A DNA stretch of 64,000 bases from Eledone cirrhosa (GCA_964016885.1 OZ024744.1:135470001-135534000); one strand, 5' to 3'. Positions 13,401 to 29,100 are shown, counted from the first letter of the stretch. Numbers and translations: made by a program. Notes: generated by a model from the letters alone, not told the origin.

Positions 13401-16400
13401 CCCAGTCCACACTGTAAAGTAGTTATTAGTTTGTCACAACAAAAAGTACCCAGTTCACACAGTCAAGTGGTCATGTAGGTGTCACAACAGAAAGTCCCCA
13501 GTACACACAGTAAAGTGGTCATGTAGGTGTCATGACAAAAAGTATCCAGTACACACTGTAAATTGGTCATGTAGGTGTCACAACAAAAACTACCCAGTCC
13601 ACACTGTAAATTGGTCATGTAGGTGTCACAACAAAAAGTACCCAGTCCACACTGTAAAGTGGTCATGTAGGTGTCACAACAAAAAGTACCCAGTACATAC
13701 TGTAAAGTGTTCATGAAGGTGTCATGACAAAAAGTACCCAGTACACACTGGAAAGTGGTCATGTAGGTGTCACAACAAAATTTACTCAGTACATACTGTA
13801 AAGTGGTTATGAAGGTGTCATGAGAAAAATTACCCAGTCCACACTGTAAAGTGCTCATGTAGGTGTCACAACAAATAGCACCCAGTACACACTGTAAAGT
13901 GTTCATGTAACTATCATGACAAAAGTACTCAGTACACACTGTAACGTGGTCATGGAGGTGTCACAACAAAAACTACCCAGTCCACACTGTAAAGTGTTCA
14001 TCTCGATGTCACGACAAAAAGTATCCAGTACACACTAAAGTGGTCATGTAGGTGTCACAACATAATGTACCCAGTCCACACTGTAAAGTGGTCATGTAGG
14101 TGTCACAAGAAAAAGTACTCAGTACATACTGTAAAGTGGTTATGAAGGTGTCATGAGAAAAAGTAGCCATTCCACACTGTAAAGTGGTCATGTAGGTGGC
14201 ACAACAAGTACCCAGTACATACTGTAAAGTGTTCATGTAGTTGTTATGACAAAAAGTACCCAGTCTACACTGTGTGGTCATGTAGGTGTCACAACATAAT
14301 GTACCCAGTTCACACTGTAAAGTGGTCATGTAGGTGTCACAACAAAAAGTACCCAGTCCACACTGTAAAGTGGTCATGTAGGTGTCACAACAAAAAGTAC
14401 CCAGTCCAAACTGTAAAGTGGTCATGTAGGTGTCACAACAAAAAGTACCCAGTACATACTGTAAATTGGTCATGAAGGTGTCATGACAAAAAGTACCCAG
14501 TACACACTGTAAAGTGGTCATGTAGGTGTCAAAACAAAATTTACTCAGTACATACTGTAAAGTGGTTATGAAGGTGTCATGAGAAAAAGTACCCATCCAC
14601 ACTGTAAAGTGGTCATGTAGGTGTCCTGACAAATAGTACCCAGTACACACTGTAAAGTAGTCAAGTAGGTGGCACAACAAGTACCCAGTACATACTGTAA
14701 AGTGGTCATGTAGGTGTTATGACGAAAAGTATCCAGTACACACTGTAAAGTGGTCATGTAGGTGTCACGACAAAAAGTATCCAGTCCACACTGTAGAGTG
14801 GTCATGTAGGTGTCACAACAAAAAGTACCCAGTACATACTGTAAAGTGGTCATGAAGGTGTCATGACAAAAAGTACCCAGTACACACTGTAAAGTAGTCA
14901 TGTGGGTGTCACAACAAAAATTACTCAGTACATACTGTAAAGTGGTTATGAAGGTGTCATGAGAAAAAGTAGCCATTCCACACTGTGAAGTGGTCATGTA
15001 GGTGTCATGACAAATAGTACCCAGTACACACTGTAAAGTAGTCAAGTAGGTGGCACAACAAGTACCCAGTACATACTGTAAACTGGTCATGTAGGTTTTA
15101 TGACAAAAAGTACCCAGTCTACACTGTGTGGTCATGTAGGTGTCACAACATAATGTACCCAGTCCACACTGTAAAGTGGTCATGTAGGTGTCACAACAAT
15201 AACCACCCAGTCCACACTGTAAAGTGGTCATGTAGGTGTCACAACATAATGTACCCAGTCCAAGCTGTAAAGTGGTCATGTAGGTGTCACAACAAAAAGT
15301 ACCCAGTCCACACTGTAAAGTGGTCATGTAGGTGTCACAACAAGAAGTACCCAGTACATACTGTAAAGTGGTCATGAAGGTGTCATGACAAAAAGTACCC
15401 AGTACATACTGTAAAGTGGTCATGAACGTGTCACAACAAATAGCACCCAGTACACACTGTAAAGTGGTCATGTAACTAACATGACAAAAGTACTCAGCAC
15501 ACACTGTAAAGTGGTCATGGAGGTGTCACAACAAAAATTACTCAGTACATAGTGTAAAGTGGTTATGAAGGTGTCATGAGAAAAAGTACCCATTCCAAGC
15601 TGTAAAGTGGACATGTAGGTGTCATGACAAATAGTACCCAGTACACACTGTAAAGTAGTCATGTAGGTGGCACAACAAGTACCCAGTACATACTGTAAAG
15701 TGGTCATGTAGGTGTTATGACAAAAAGTACCCAGTCTACACTGTGTGGTCATGTAGGTGTCATGGCATAAATTACCCAGTCCACACTGTAAAGTAGTTAT
15801 TAGTTTGTCACAACAAAAAGTACCCAGTTCACACAGTCAAGTGGTCATGTAGGTGTCACAACAGAAAGTCCCCAGTACACACAGTAAAGTGGTTATGTAG
15901 GTGTCATGACAAAAAGTATCCAGTACACACTGTAAATTGGTAATGTAGGTGTCACAACAAAAACTACCCAGTCCACACTGTAAAGTGGTCATGTAGGTGT
16001 CACGACAAAAAGTATCCAGTACACACTAAAGTGGTCATGTAGGTGTCACAACATAATGTACCCAGTCCACACTGTAAAGTGGTCATGTAGGTGTCACAAC
16101 AAAAAGTACCCAGTACATACTGTAAAGTGTTCATGAAGGTGTCATGACAAAAAGTACCCAGTACACACTGGAAAGTGGTCATGTAGGTGTCACAACAAAA
16201 TTTACTCAGTACATACTGTAAAGTGGTTATGAAGGTGTCATGAGAAAAAGTACCCAGTCCACACTGTAAAGCGGTCATGTAGGTGTCACAACAAATAGCA
16301 CCCAGTACACACTGTAAAGTGTTCATGTAACTATCATGACAAAAGTACTCAGTACACACTGTAACGTGGTCATGGAGGTGTCACAACAAAAACTACCCAG

Positions 16401-19100
16401 TCCACACTGTAAAGTAGTCATCTAGATGTCACGACAAAAAGTATCCAGTACACACTAAAGTGGTCATGTAGGTGTCACAACATAATGTACCCAGTCCACA
16501 CTGTAAAGTGGTCATGTAGGTGTCACAAGAAAAAGTTCTCAGTACATACTGTAAAGTGGTTATGAAGGTGTCATGAGAAAAAGTAGCCATTCCACACTGT
16601 AAAGTGGTCATGTAGGTGGCACAACAAGTACCCAGTACATACTGTAAAGTGTTCATGTAGTTGTTATGACAAAAAGTACCCAGTCTACACTGTGTGGTCA
16701 TGTAGGTGTCACAACATAATGTACCCAGTTCACACTGTAAAGTGGTCATGTAGGTGTCACAACAAAAAGTACCCAGTCCACACTGTAAAGTGGTCATGTA
16801 GGTGTCACAACAAAAAGTACCCAGTCCAAACTGTAAAGTGGTCATGTAGGTGTCACAACAAAAAGTACCCAGTACATACTGTAAATTGGTCATGAAGGTG
16901 TCATGAAAAAAGTACCCAGTACACACTGTAAAGTGGTCATGTAGGTGTCAAAACAAAATTTACTCAGTACATACTGTAAAGTGGTTATGAAGGTGTCATG
17001 AGAAAAAGTACCCATCCACACTGTAAAGTGGTCATGTAGGTGTCCTGACAAATAGTACCCAGTACACACTGTAAAGTAGTCAAGTAGGTGGCACAACAAG
17101 TACCCAGTACATACTGTAAAGTGGTCATGTAGGTGTTATGACGAAAAGTATCCAGTACACACTGTAAAGTGGTCATGTAGGTGTCACGACAAAAAGTACC
17201 CAGTCCACACTGTAGAGTGGTCATGTAGGTGTCACAACAAAAAGTACCCAGTACATACTGTAAAGTGGTCATGAAGGTGTCATGACAAAAAGTACCCAGT
17301 ACACACTGTAAAGTAGTCATGTAGGTGTCACAACAAAAATTACTCAGTACATACTGTAAAGTGGTCATGTAGGTGTCATGAGAAAAAGTAGCCATTCCAC
17401 ACTGTGAAGTGGTCATGTAGGTGTCATGACAAATAGTACCCAGTACACATATAGGTGGCACAACAAGTACCCAGTACATACTGTAAAGTGGTCATGTAGG
17501 TTTTATGACAAAAAGTACCCAGTCTACACTGTGTGGTCATGTAGGTGTCACAACAAAAACTACCCAGTCCACACTGTAAAGTGGTCATGTAGGTGTCACA
17601 ACATAATGTACCCAGTCCAAGCTGTAAAGTGGTCATGTAGGTGTCACAACAAAAAGTACCCAGTCCACACTGTAAAGTGGTCATGTAGGTGTCACAACAA
17701 AAAGTACCCAGTACATACTGTAAAGTGGTCATGAAGGTGTCATGACAAAAAGTACCCAGTACATACTGTAAAGTGGTCATGAAGGTGTCACAACAAATAG
17801 CACCCAGTACACACAGTAAAGTGGTCATGTAACTAACATGACAAAAGTACTCAGTACACACTGTAAAGTGGTCATGGAGGTGTCACAACAAAAATTACTC
17901 AGTACATAGTGTAAAGTGGTTATGAAGGTGTCATGAGAAAAAGTACCCATTCCACACTGTAAAGTGGACATGTAGGTGTCATGACAAATAGTACCCAGTA
18001 CACACTGTAAAGTAGTCATGTAGGTGGCACAACAAGTACCCAGTACATACTGTAAAGTGGTCATGTAGGTGTTATGACAAAAAGTACCCAGTCTACACTG
18101 TGTGGTCATGTAGGTGTCATGGCATAAATTACCCAGTCCACACTGTAAAGTAGTTATTAGTTTGTCACAACAAAAAGTACCCAGTTCACACAGTCAAGTG
18201 GTCATGTAGGTGTCACAACAGAAAGTCCCCAGTACACACAGTAAAGTGGTCATGTAGGTGTCATGACAAAAAGTATCCAGTACACACTGTAAATTGGTCA
18301 TGTAGGTGTCACAACAAAAACTACCCAGTCCACACTGTAAAGTGGTCATGTAGGTGTCACGACAAAAAGTATCCAGTACACACTAAAGTGGTCATGTAGG
18401 TGTCACAACATAATGTACCCAGTCCACACTGTAAAGTGGTCATGTAGGTGTCACAACAAAAAGTACCCAGTACATACTGTAAAGTGTTCATGAAGGTGTC
18501 ATGACAAAAAGTACCCAGTACACACTGGAAAGTGGTCATGTAGGTGTCACAACAAAATTTACTCAGTACATACTGTAAAGTGGTTATGAAGGTGTCATGA
18601 GAAAAAGTACCCAGTCCACACTGTAAAGTGGTCATGTAGGTGTCACAACAAATAGCACCCAGTACACACTGTAAAGTGTTCATGTAACTATCATGACAAA
18701 AGTACTCAGTACACACTGTAACGTGGTCATGGAGGTGTCACAACAAAAACTACCCAGTCCACACTGTAAAGTGGTCATGTAGATGTCACGACAAAAAGTA
18801 TCCAGTACACACTAAAGTGGTCATGTAGGTGTCACAACATAATGTACCCAGTCCACACTGTAAAGTGGTCATGTAGGTGTCACAAGAAAAAGTACTCAGT
18901 ACATACTGTAAAGTGGTCATGAAGGTGTCATGACAAAAAGTACCCAGTACACACTGTGAAGTAGTCATGTAGGTGTCACAACAAAAATTACTCAGTACAT
19001 ACTGTAAAGTGGTTATGAAGGTGTCATGAGAAAAAGTACACATTCCACACTGTAAAGTGGACATGTAGGTGTCATGACAAATAGTACCCAGTACACACTG
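10500..19100. repeat. Higher-order repeat with period growing from about 1.35 kb to about 2.4 kb
   Basis: Marker TAACTAA at 11772, 13099, 15473, 17830 (spacings 1327, 2374, 2357). Marker CTGTAGAGTGG at 11138, 12513, 14791, 17210. Near-identical ORFs 13094..13378, 15468..15752 and 17825..18109. Confidence 0.85.
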
Positions 19101-22100
19101 TAAAGTGGTCATGTAGGGTCATGAGAAATAGTACCCAGTACACACTGTAAAGTAGTCATGTAAGTGGCACAACAAGTACCCAGTACATACTGTAAAGTGG
19201 TCATGTAGGTGTTATGACAAAAAGAACCCAGTCTACACTGAGTGGTCATGTAGGTGTCATGGCATAAATTACCCAGTCGCCACTGTAAAGTAGTTATTAG
19301 TTTGTCAGAACAAAAAGTACCCAGTACACACAGTCAAGTGGTCATGTAGGTGTCACAACAGAAAGTCCACAGTACACACAGTAAAGTGGTCATGTAGGTG
19401 TCATGACAAAAAGTATCCAGTACACACTGTAAAGTGGTCATGTAGGTGTCAAAACAAAAACTACGCAGTCCACACTGTAAAGTGGTCATGTAGGTGTCAC
19501 GACAAAAAGTGTCCAGTACACACTAAAGTGGTCATGTAGGAGTCACAACATAATGTACCCAGTCCACACTGTAAAGTGGTCATGTAGGTGTCACAACAAA
19601 AAGTCCCCAGTCCACGCTGTAAAGTGGTTATGTAGGTGTCACAACAAAAAGTACCCAGTACATACTGTAAAGTGGTCATGAAGGTGTCATGACAAAAAGT
19701 ACCCAGTACACACTGTAAAGTGGTCATGTAGGTGTCACAACAAAATTTACTCAGTACATACTGTAAAGTGGTTATGAAGGTGTCACGAGAAGAAGTACCC
19801 AGTACACACTGAAAAGTGGTCATGTAGGTGTCACAACAAAAAGTACCCAGTACACACTGTAAAGTGGTCATGTAAGTGTCACAACAAATTTTACTCAGTA
19901 CATACTGTAAAGTGGTTATGAAGGTGTCATGAGAAAAAGTACCCATCCACACTGTAAAGTGGTCATGTAAGTGTCCTGACAAATAGTACCCAGTACACAC
20001 TGTAAAGTGGTCATGTAGGTGTCACAACAAAAATTACCCAGTCCACACTGTAAAGTGGTCATGTAGGTGTCACAACAAAAAATACCCAGTACATACTGTA
20101 AAGTGGTCATGGAGGTGTCATGACAAAAAGTACCCAGTACACACTGTAAAGTGGTCATGTAGGTGTTATGACAAAAAGTACCCAGTCTACAATGTGTGGT
20201 CATGTAGGTGTCATGACATAAATTACCCAGTCCACACCGTAAAGTGGTCATGTAGGTGTCACAACAAAAAGTACCCAGTCCACACTGTAAAGTGGTCATG
20301 TAGGTGTCACAACAAAAAGTACCCAGTACATACTGTAAAGTGGTCATGTAGGTGTCACAACAAATAGCACCCAGTACACACTGTAAAGTGGTCATGTAGG
20401 TGTCACGACAAAAAGTATCCAGTACACACTGTAAAGTGGTCATGTAGGTGTCACAACATAATGTACCCAGCCCACACTGTAAAGTGGTCATGTAGGTGTC
20501 ACAACAAAAATTACCCAGTCCACACTGTAAAGTGGTCATGTAGGTGTCACAACAAAAAGTACCCAGTACATACTGTAAAGTGGTCATGAAGGTGTCATGA
20601 CAAAAAGTACCCAGTACACACTGGAAAGTGGTCATGTAGGTGTCACAACAAAAAGTACCCAGTCCACACTGTAAAGTGGGCGTGTAGGTGTCATGACAAA
20701 AAGTACCCAGTCCACACTGTAAAGTGGTCATGTAGGTGTCACAACAAAATTTACTCAGTACATACTGTAAATTGGTTATGAAGGTGTCATGAGAAAAAGT
20801 ACCCATCCACACTGTAAAGTGGTCATGTAGGTGTCCTGACAAATAGTACCCAGTACACACTGTAAAGTGGTCATGTAGGTGTCACAACAAAAAGTACCCA
20901 GTACACACTGTAAAGTGGTCATGTAGGTGTCATGACAAATAGTACCCAGTACACACTGTAAAGTGGTCATGTAGGTGTCACAACAAAAAGTACCCATCCA
21001 CATTGTAAAGTGGTCATGTAGGTGTTATGACAAAAAGTACCCAGTCTACACTGTGTGGTCATGTAGGTGTCACAACAAAAAGTACCCAGTCCACACAGTC
21101 AAGTGGTCATGTAGGTGTCACAACAGGAAGTCCCCAGTACACACAGTAAAGTGGTCATGTAGGTGTCATGACAAAAAGTATCCAGTACACACTGTAAAGT
21201 GGTCATGTAGGTGTCACAACAAAAACTACCCAGTCCACACTGTAAAGTGGTCATGTAGGTGTGACGACAAAAAGTATCCAGTACATACTGTAAAGTGGTT
21301 GTGTAGGTGTCACAACAAAAAGTACCCAGTCCAAACTGTAAAGTGGTCATGTAGGTGGCACAACAAGTACCCAGTACATACTGTAAAGTGTTCATGTAGA
21401 TGTTATGACAAAAAGTACCCAGTCTACACTGTGTGGTCATGTAGGTGTCACAACATAATGTACCCAGTTCACACTGTAAAGTGGTCATGTAGGTGTCACA
21501 ACAAAAAGTACCCAGTCCACACTGTAAAGTGGTCATGTAGGTGTCACAACAAAAAGTACCCAGTCCAAACTGTAAAGTGGTCATGTAGGTGTCACAACAA
21601 AAAGTACCCAGTACATACTGTAAATTGGTCATGAAGGTGTCATGACAAAAAGTACCCAGTACACACTGTAAAGTGGTCATGTAGGTGTCAAAACAAAATT
21701 TACTCAGTACACACTGTAAACTGGTCATGTAGGTGTCACAACAAAAAGTACTCAGTACACACTGTAAAGTGGTCATGTAGGTGTCACGACAAAAAGTATC
21801 CAGTACACACTGTAAAGTGGTCATGTAGGTGTCACAACATAATGTACCCAGTACACACTGTAAAGTGGTCATGTAGGTGTCACAATAAAAAGTACCCAGT
21901 ACACACTGGAAAGTGGTCATGTAGGTGTCACAACAAAATTTACTCAGTACATACTGTAAAGTGGTTATGAAGGTGTCATGAGAAAAATTACCCAGTCCAC
22001 ACTGTAAAGTGGTCATGTAGGTGTCACAACAAATAGCACCCAGTACACACTGTAAAGTGGTCATGGAGGTGTCACAACAAAAATTACCCAGTCCACACTG

Positions 22101-23118
22101 TAAAGTGGTCATGTAGGTGTCAAAACAAAAAGTACTCAGTACATACTGTAAAGTGGTCATGAAGGTGTCATGACAAAAAGTACCCAGTACACACTGTAAA
22201 GTAGTCATGTAGGTGTCACAACAAAAATTACTCAGTACATACTGTAAAGCGGTTATGAAGGTGTCATGAGAAAAAGTACCCATTCCACACTGTAAATTGG
22301 ACATGTAGGTGTCATGACAAATAATACCCAGTACACACTGTAAAGTAGTGATGTAAGTTGCACAACAAGTACCCAGTACATACTGTAAAGTGGTCATGTA
22401 GGTGTTATGACAAAAAGTACCCAGTCTACACTGTGTGGTCATGTAGGTGTCACAACATAATGTACACAGTCCACACTGTAAAGTGGTCATGTAGGTGTCA
22501 TGGCATAAATTACCCAGTCCACACTGTAAAGTATTTATTAGTTTGTCACAACAAAAAGTACCCAGGACACACAGTCAAGTGGTCATGTAGGTGTCACAAC
22601 AGAAAGTCCCCAGTACACACAGTAAAGTGGTAATGTAGGTGTCATGACAAAAAGTATCCAGTACACACTGTAAAGTGGTCATGTAGGTGTCACAACAAAA
22701 ACTACCCAGTCCACACTGTAAAGTGGTCATGTAGGTGTCACGACAAAAAGTATCCAGTACACAATGTAAAGTGGTCATGTAGGTGTCACAACATAATGTA
22801 CCCAGTCCACACTGTACGGTGGTCATGTAGGTTTCACAACAAAAGGTACCCAGACCACAATGTAAAGTGGTCATGTAGGTGTCACAACAAAATTTACTCA
22901 GTACATACTGTAAAGTGGTTATGAAGGTGTCATGAGAAAAAGTACCCAGTACACACTGTAAAGTGGTCATGTAGGTGTCACAACAAAAAGTACCCAGTAC
23001 ACACTGTAAAGTGGTCATGTAGGTGTCACAACAAAAAGTACCCATTCCACACTGTAAAGTGGTCATGTAGGTGTCATGACAAATAGTACCCAGTACACAC
23101 TGTAAATTAGTCATGTAG
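13293..23118. repeat. 9,826-bp tandem duplication, copy 1
   Basis: ORFs from 13463 to 22633 each reappear exactly 9826 bp downstream with the same translation (e.g. 14009/23835, 16985/26811, 19916/29742, 21099/30925). The last upstream mismatch is at 13292 versus 23118. Confidence 0.93.
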
Positions 23119-26100
23119 GTGGCACAACAAGTACCCAGTACATACTGTAAAGTGGTCATGTAGGTGTTATGACAAAAAGTACCCAGTCTACACTGTGTGG
23201 TCATGTAGGTGTCATGGCATAAATTACCCAGTCCACACTGTAAAGTAGTTATTAGTTTGTCACAACAAAAAGTACCCAGTTCACACAGTCAAGTGGTCAT
23301 GTAGGTGTCACAACAGAAAGTCCCCAGTACACACAGTAAAGTGGTCATGTAGGTGTCATGACAAAAAGTATCCAGTACACACTGTAAATTGGTCATGTAG
23401 GTGTCACAACAAAAACTACCCAGTCCACACTGTAAATTGGTCATGTAGGTGTCACAACAAAAAGTACCCAGTCCACACTGTAAAGTGGTCATGTAGGTGT
23501 CACAACAAAAAGTACCCAGTACATACTGTAAAGTGTTCATGAAGGTGTCATGACAAAAAGTACCCAGTACACACTGGAAAGTGGTCATGTAGGTGTCACA
23601 ACAAAATTTACTCAGTACATACTGTAAAGTGGTTATGAAGGTGTCATGAGAAAAATTACCCAGTCCACACTGTAAAGTGCTCATGTAGGTGTCACAACAA
23701 ATAGCACCCAGTACACACTGTAAAGTGTTCATGTAACTATCATGACAAAAGTACTCAGTACACACTGTAACGTGGTCATGGAGGTGTCACAACAAAAACT
23801 ACCCAGTCCACACTGTAAAGTGTTCATCTCGATGTCACGACAAAAAGTATCCAGTACACACTAAAGTGGTCATGTAGGTGTCACAACATAATGTACCCAG
23901 TCCACACTGTAAAGTGGTCATGTAGGTGTCACAAGAAAAAGTACTCAGTACATACTGTAAAGTGGTTATGAAGGTGTCATGAGAAAAAGTAGCCATTCCA
24001 CACTGTAAAGTGGTCATGTAGGTGGCACAACAAGTACCCAGTACATACTGTAAAGTGTTCATGTAGTTGTTATGACAAAAAGTACCCAGTCTACACTGTG
24101 TGGTCATGTAGGTGTCACAACATAATGTACCCAGTTCACACTGTAAAGTGGTCATGTAGGTGTCACAACAAAAAGTACCCAGTCCACACTGTAAAGTGGT
24201 CATGTAGGTGTCACAACAAAAAGTACCCAGTCCAAACTGTAAAGTGGTCATGTAGGTGTCACAACAAAAAGTACCCAGTACATACTGTAAATTGGTCATG
24301 AAGGTGTCATGACAAAAAGTACCCAGTACACACTGTAAAGTGGTCATGTAGGTGTCAAAACAAAATTTACTCAGTACATACTGTAAAGTGGTTATGAAGG
24401 TGTCATGAGAAAAAGTACCCATCCACACTGTAAAGTGGTCATGTAGGTGTCCTGACAAATAGTACCCAGTACACACTGTAAAGTAGTCAAGTAGGTGGCA
24501 CAACAAGTACCCAGTACATACTGTAAAGTGGTCATGTAGGTGTTATGACGAAAAGTATCCAGTACACACTGTAAAGTGGTCATGTAGGTGTCACGACAAA
24601 AAGTATCCAGTCCACACTGTAGAGTGGTCATGTAGGTGTCACAACAAAAAGTACCCAGTACATACTGTAAAGTGGTCATGAAGGTGTCATGACAAAAAGT
24701 ACCCAGTACACACTGTAAAGTAGTCATGTGGGTGTCACAACAAAAATTACTCAGTACATACTGTAAAGTGGTTATGAAGGTGTCATGAGAAAAAGTAGCC
24801 ATTCCACACTGTGAAGTGGTCATGTAGGTGTCATGACAAATAGTACCCAGTACACACTGTAAAGTAGTCAAGTAGGTGGCACAACAAGTACCCAGTACAT
24901 ACTGTAAACTGGTCATGTAGGTTTTATGACAAAAAGTACCCAGTCTACACTGTGTGGTCATGTAGGTGTCACAACATAATGTACCCAGTCCACACTGTAA
25001 AGTGGTCATGTAGGTGTCACAACAATAACCACCCAGTCCACACTGTAAAGTGGTCATGTAGGTGTCACAACATAATGTACCCAGTCCAAGCTGTAAAGTG
25101 GTCATGTAGGTGTCACAACAAAAAGTACCCAGTCCACACTGTAAAGTGGTCATGTAGGTGTCACAACAAGAAGTACCCAGTACATACTGTAAAGTGGTCA
25201 TGAAGGTGTCATGACAAAAAGTACCCAGTACATACTGTAAAGTGGTCATGAACGTGTCACAACAAATAGCACCCAGTACACACTGTAAAGTGGTCATGTA
25301 ACTAACATGACAAAAGTACTCAGCACACACTGTAAAGTGGTCATGGAGGTGTCACAACAAAAATTACTCAGTACATAGTGTAAAGTGGTTATGAAGGTGT
25401 CATGAGAAAAAGTACCCATTCCAAGCTGTAAAGTGGACATGTAGGTGTCATGACAAATAGTACCCAGTACACACTGTAAAGTAGTCATGTAGGTGGCACA
25501 ACAAGTACCCAGTACATACTGTAAAGTGGTCATGTAGGTGTTATGACAAAAAGTACCCAGTCTACACTGTGTGGTCATGTAGGTGTCATGGCATAAATTA
25601 CCCAGTCCACACTGTAAAGTAGTTATTAGTTTGTCACAACAAAAAGTACCCAGTTCACACAGTCAAGTGGTCATGTAGGTGTCACAACAGAAAGTCCCCA
25701 GTACACACAGTAAAGTGGTTATGTAGGTGTCATGACAAAAAGTATCCAGTACACACTGTAAATTGGTAATGTAGGTGTCACAACAAAAACTACCCAGTCC
25801 ACACTGTAAAGTGGTCATGTAGGTGTCACGACAAAAAGTATCCAGTACACACTAAAGTGGTCATGTAGGTGTCACAACATAATGTACCCAGTCCACACTG
25901 TAAAGTGGTCATGTAGGTGTCACAACAAAAAGTACCCAGTACATACTGTAAAGTGTTCATGAAGGTGTCATGACAAAAAGTACCCAGTACACACTGGAAA
26001 GTGGTCATGTAGGTGTCACAACAAAATTTACTCAGTACATACTGTAAAGTGGTTATGAAGGTGTCATGAGAAAAAGTACCCAGTCCACACTGTAAAGCGG

Positions 26101-29100
26101 TCATGTAGGTGTCACAACAAATAGCACCCAGTACACACTGTAAAGTGTTCATGTAACTATCATGACAAAAGTACTCAGTACACACTGTAACGTGGTCATG
26201 GAGGTGTCACAACAAAAACTACCCAGTCCACACTGTAAAGTAGTCATCTAGATGTCACGACAAAAAGTATCCAGTACACACTAAAGTGGTCATGTAGGTG
26301 TCACAACATAATGTACCCAGTCCACACTGTAAAGTGGTCATGTAGGTGTCACAAGAAAAAGTTCTCAGTACATACTGTAAAGTGGTTATGAAGGTGTCAT
26401 GAGAAAAAGTAGCCATTCCACACTGTAAAGTGGTCATGTAGGTGGCACAACAAGTACCCAGTACATACTGTAAAGTGTTCATGTAGTTGTTATGACAAAA
26501 AGTACCCAGTCTACACTGTGTGGTCATGTAGGTGTCACAACATAATGTACCCAGTTCACACTGTAAAGTGGTCATGTAGGTGTCACAACAAAAAGTACCC
26601 AGTCCACACTGTAAAGTGGTCATGTAGGTGTCACAACAAAAAGTACCCAGTCCAAACTGTAAAGTGGTCATGTAGGTGTCACAACAAAAAGTACCCAGTA
26701 CATACTGTAAATTGGTCATGAAGGTGTCATGAAAAAAGTACCCAGTACACACTGTAAAGTGGTCATGTAGGTGTCAAAACAAAATTTACTCAGTACATAC
26801 TGTAAAGTGGTTATGAAGGTGTCATGAGAAAAAGTACCCATCCACACTGTAAAGTGGTCATGTAGGTGTCCTGACAAATAGTACCCAGTACACACTGTAA
26901 AGTAGTCAAGTAGGTGGCACAACAAGTACCCAGTACATACTGTAAAGTGGTCATGTAGGTGTTATGACGAAAAGTATCCAGTACACACTGTAAAGTGGTC
27001 ATGTAGGTGTCACGACAAAAAGTACCCAGTCCACACTGTAGAGTGGTCATGTAGGTGTCACAACAAAAAGTACCCAGTACATACTGTAAAGTGGTCATGA
27101 AGGTGTCATGACAAAAAGTACCCAGTACACACTGTAAAGTAGTCATGTAGGTGTCACAACAAAAATTACTCAGTACATACTGTAAAGTGGTCATGTAGGT
27201 GTCATGAGAAAAAGTAGCCATTCCACACTGTGAAGTGGTCATGTAGGTGTCATGACAAATAGTACCCAGTACACATATAGGTGGCACAACAAGTACCCAG
27301 TACATACTGTAAAGTGGTCATGTAGGTTTTATGACAAAAAGTACCCAGTCTACACTGTGTGGTCATGTAGGTGTCACAACAAAAACTACCCAGTCCACAC
27401 TGTAAAGTGGTCATGTAGGTGTCACAACATAATGTACCCAGTCCAAGCTGTAAAGTGGTCATGTAGGTGTCACAACAAAAAGTACCCAGTCCACACTGTA
27501 AAGTGGTCATGTAGGTGTCACAACAAAAAGTACCCAGTACATACTGTAAAGTGGTCATGAAGGTGTCATGACAAAAAGTACCCAGTACATACTGTAAAGT
27601 GGTCATGAAGGTGTCACAACAAATAGCACCCAGTACACACAGTAAAGTGGTCATGTAACTAACATGACAAAAGTACTCAGTACACACTGTAAAGTGGTCA
27701 TGGAGGTGTCACAACAAAAATTACTCAGTACATAGTGTAAAGTGGTTATGAAGGTGTCATGAGAAAAAGTACCCATTCCACACTGTAAAGTGGACATGTA
27801 GGTGTCATGACAAATAGTACCCAGTACACACTGTAAAGTAGTCATGTAGGTGGCACAACAAGTACCCAGTACATACTGTAAAGTGGTCATGTAGGTGTTA
27901 TGACAAAAAGTACCCAGTCTACACTGTGTGGTCATGTAGGTGTCATGGCATAAATTACCCAGTCCACACTGTAAAGTAGTTATTAGTTTGTCACAACAAA
28001 AAGTACCCAGTTCACACAGTCAAGTGGTCATGTAGGTGTCACAACAGAAAGTCCCCAGTACACACAGTAAAGTGGTCATGTAGGTGTCATGACAAAAAGT
28101 ATCCAGTACACACTGTAAATTGGTCATGTAGGTGTCACAACAAAAACTACCCAGTCCACACTGTAAAGTGGTCATGTAGGTGTCACGACAAAAAGTATCC
28201 AGTACACACTAAAGTGGTCATGTAGGTGTCACAACATAATGTACCCAGTCCACACTGTAAAGTGGTCATGTAGGTGTCACAACAAAAAGTACCCAGTACA
28301 TACTGTAAAGTGTTCATGAAGGTGTCATGACAAAAAGTACCCAGTACACACTGGAAAGTGGTCATGTAGGTGTCACAACAAAATTTACTCAGTACATACT
28401 GTAAAGTGGTTATGAAGGTGTCATGAGAAAAAGTACCCAGTCCACACTGTAAAGTGGTCATGTAGGTGTCACAACAAATAGCACCCAGTACACACTGTAA
28501 AGTGTTCATGTAACTATCATGACAAAAGTACTCAGTACACACTGTAACGTGGTCATGGAGGTGTCACAACAAAAACTACCCAGTCCACACTGTAAAGTGG
28601 TCATGTAGATGTCACGACAAAAAGTATCCAGTACACACTAAAGTGGTCATGTAGGTGTCACAACATAATGTACCCAGTCCACACTGTAAAGTGGTCATGT
28701 AGGTGTCACAAGAAAAAGTACTCAGTACATACTGTAAAGTGGTCATGAAGGTGTCATGACAAAAAGTACCCAGTACACACTGTGAAGTAGTCATGTAGGT
28801 GTCACAACAAAAATTACTCAGTACATACTGTAAAGTGGTTATGAAGGTGTCATGAGAAAAAGTACACATTCCACACTGTAAAGTGGACATGTAGGTGTCA
28901 TGACAAATAGTACCCAGTACACACTGTAAAGTGGTCATGTAGGGTCATGAGAAATAGTACCCAGTACACACTGTAAAGTAGTCATGTAAGTGGCACAACA
29001 AGTACCCAGTACATACTGTAAAGTGGTCATGTAGGTGTTATGACAAAAAGAACCCAGTCTACACTGAGTGGTCATGTAGGTGTCATGGCATAAATTACCC

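Noticed and set aside
13995-14015. Locally odd sequences (TTCATCTCGATG here; CCCCACCAAAATG at about 39808) as possible foreign inserts
   Set aside because: They align in register with the monomer as clustered substitutions or a 1-bp deletion, so they are not insertions.
20975-21634. Zinc-finger or metal-binding repeat protein on the + strand (CRCHNKKYPVH)
   Set aside because: The 16-aa period and C-x-C-H-x6-H spacing do not fit C2H2 fingers (about 28 aa, C-x2-4-C-x12-H-x3-5-H). The frame is often closed by common variants such as TCATGA and AAGTAG.
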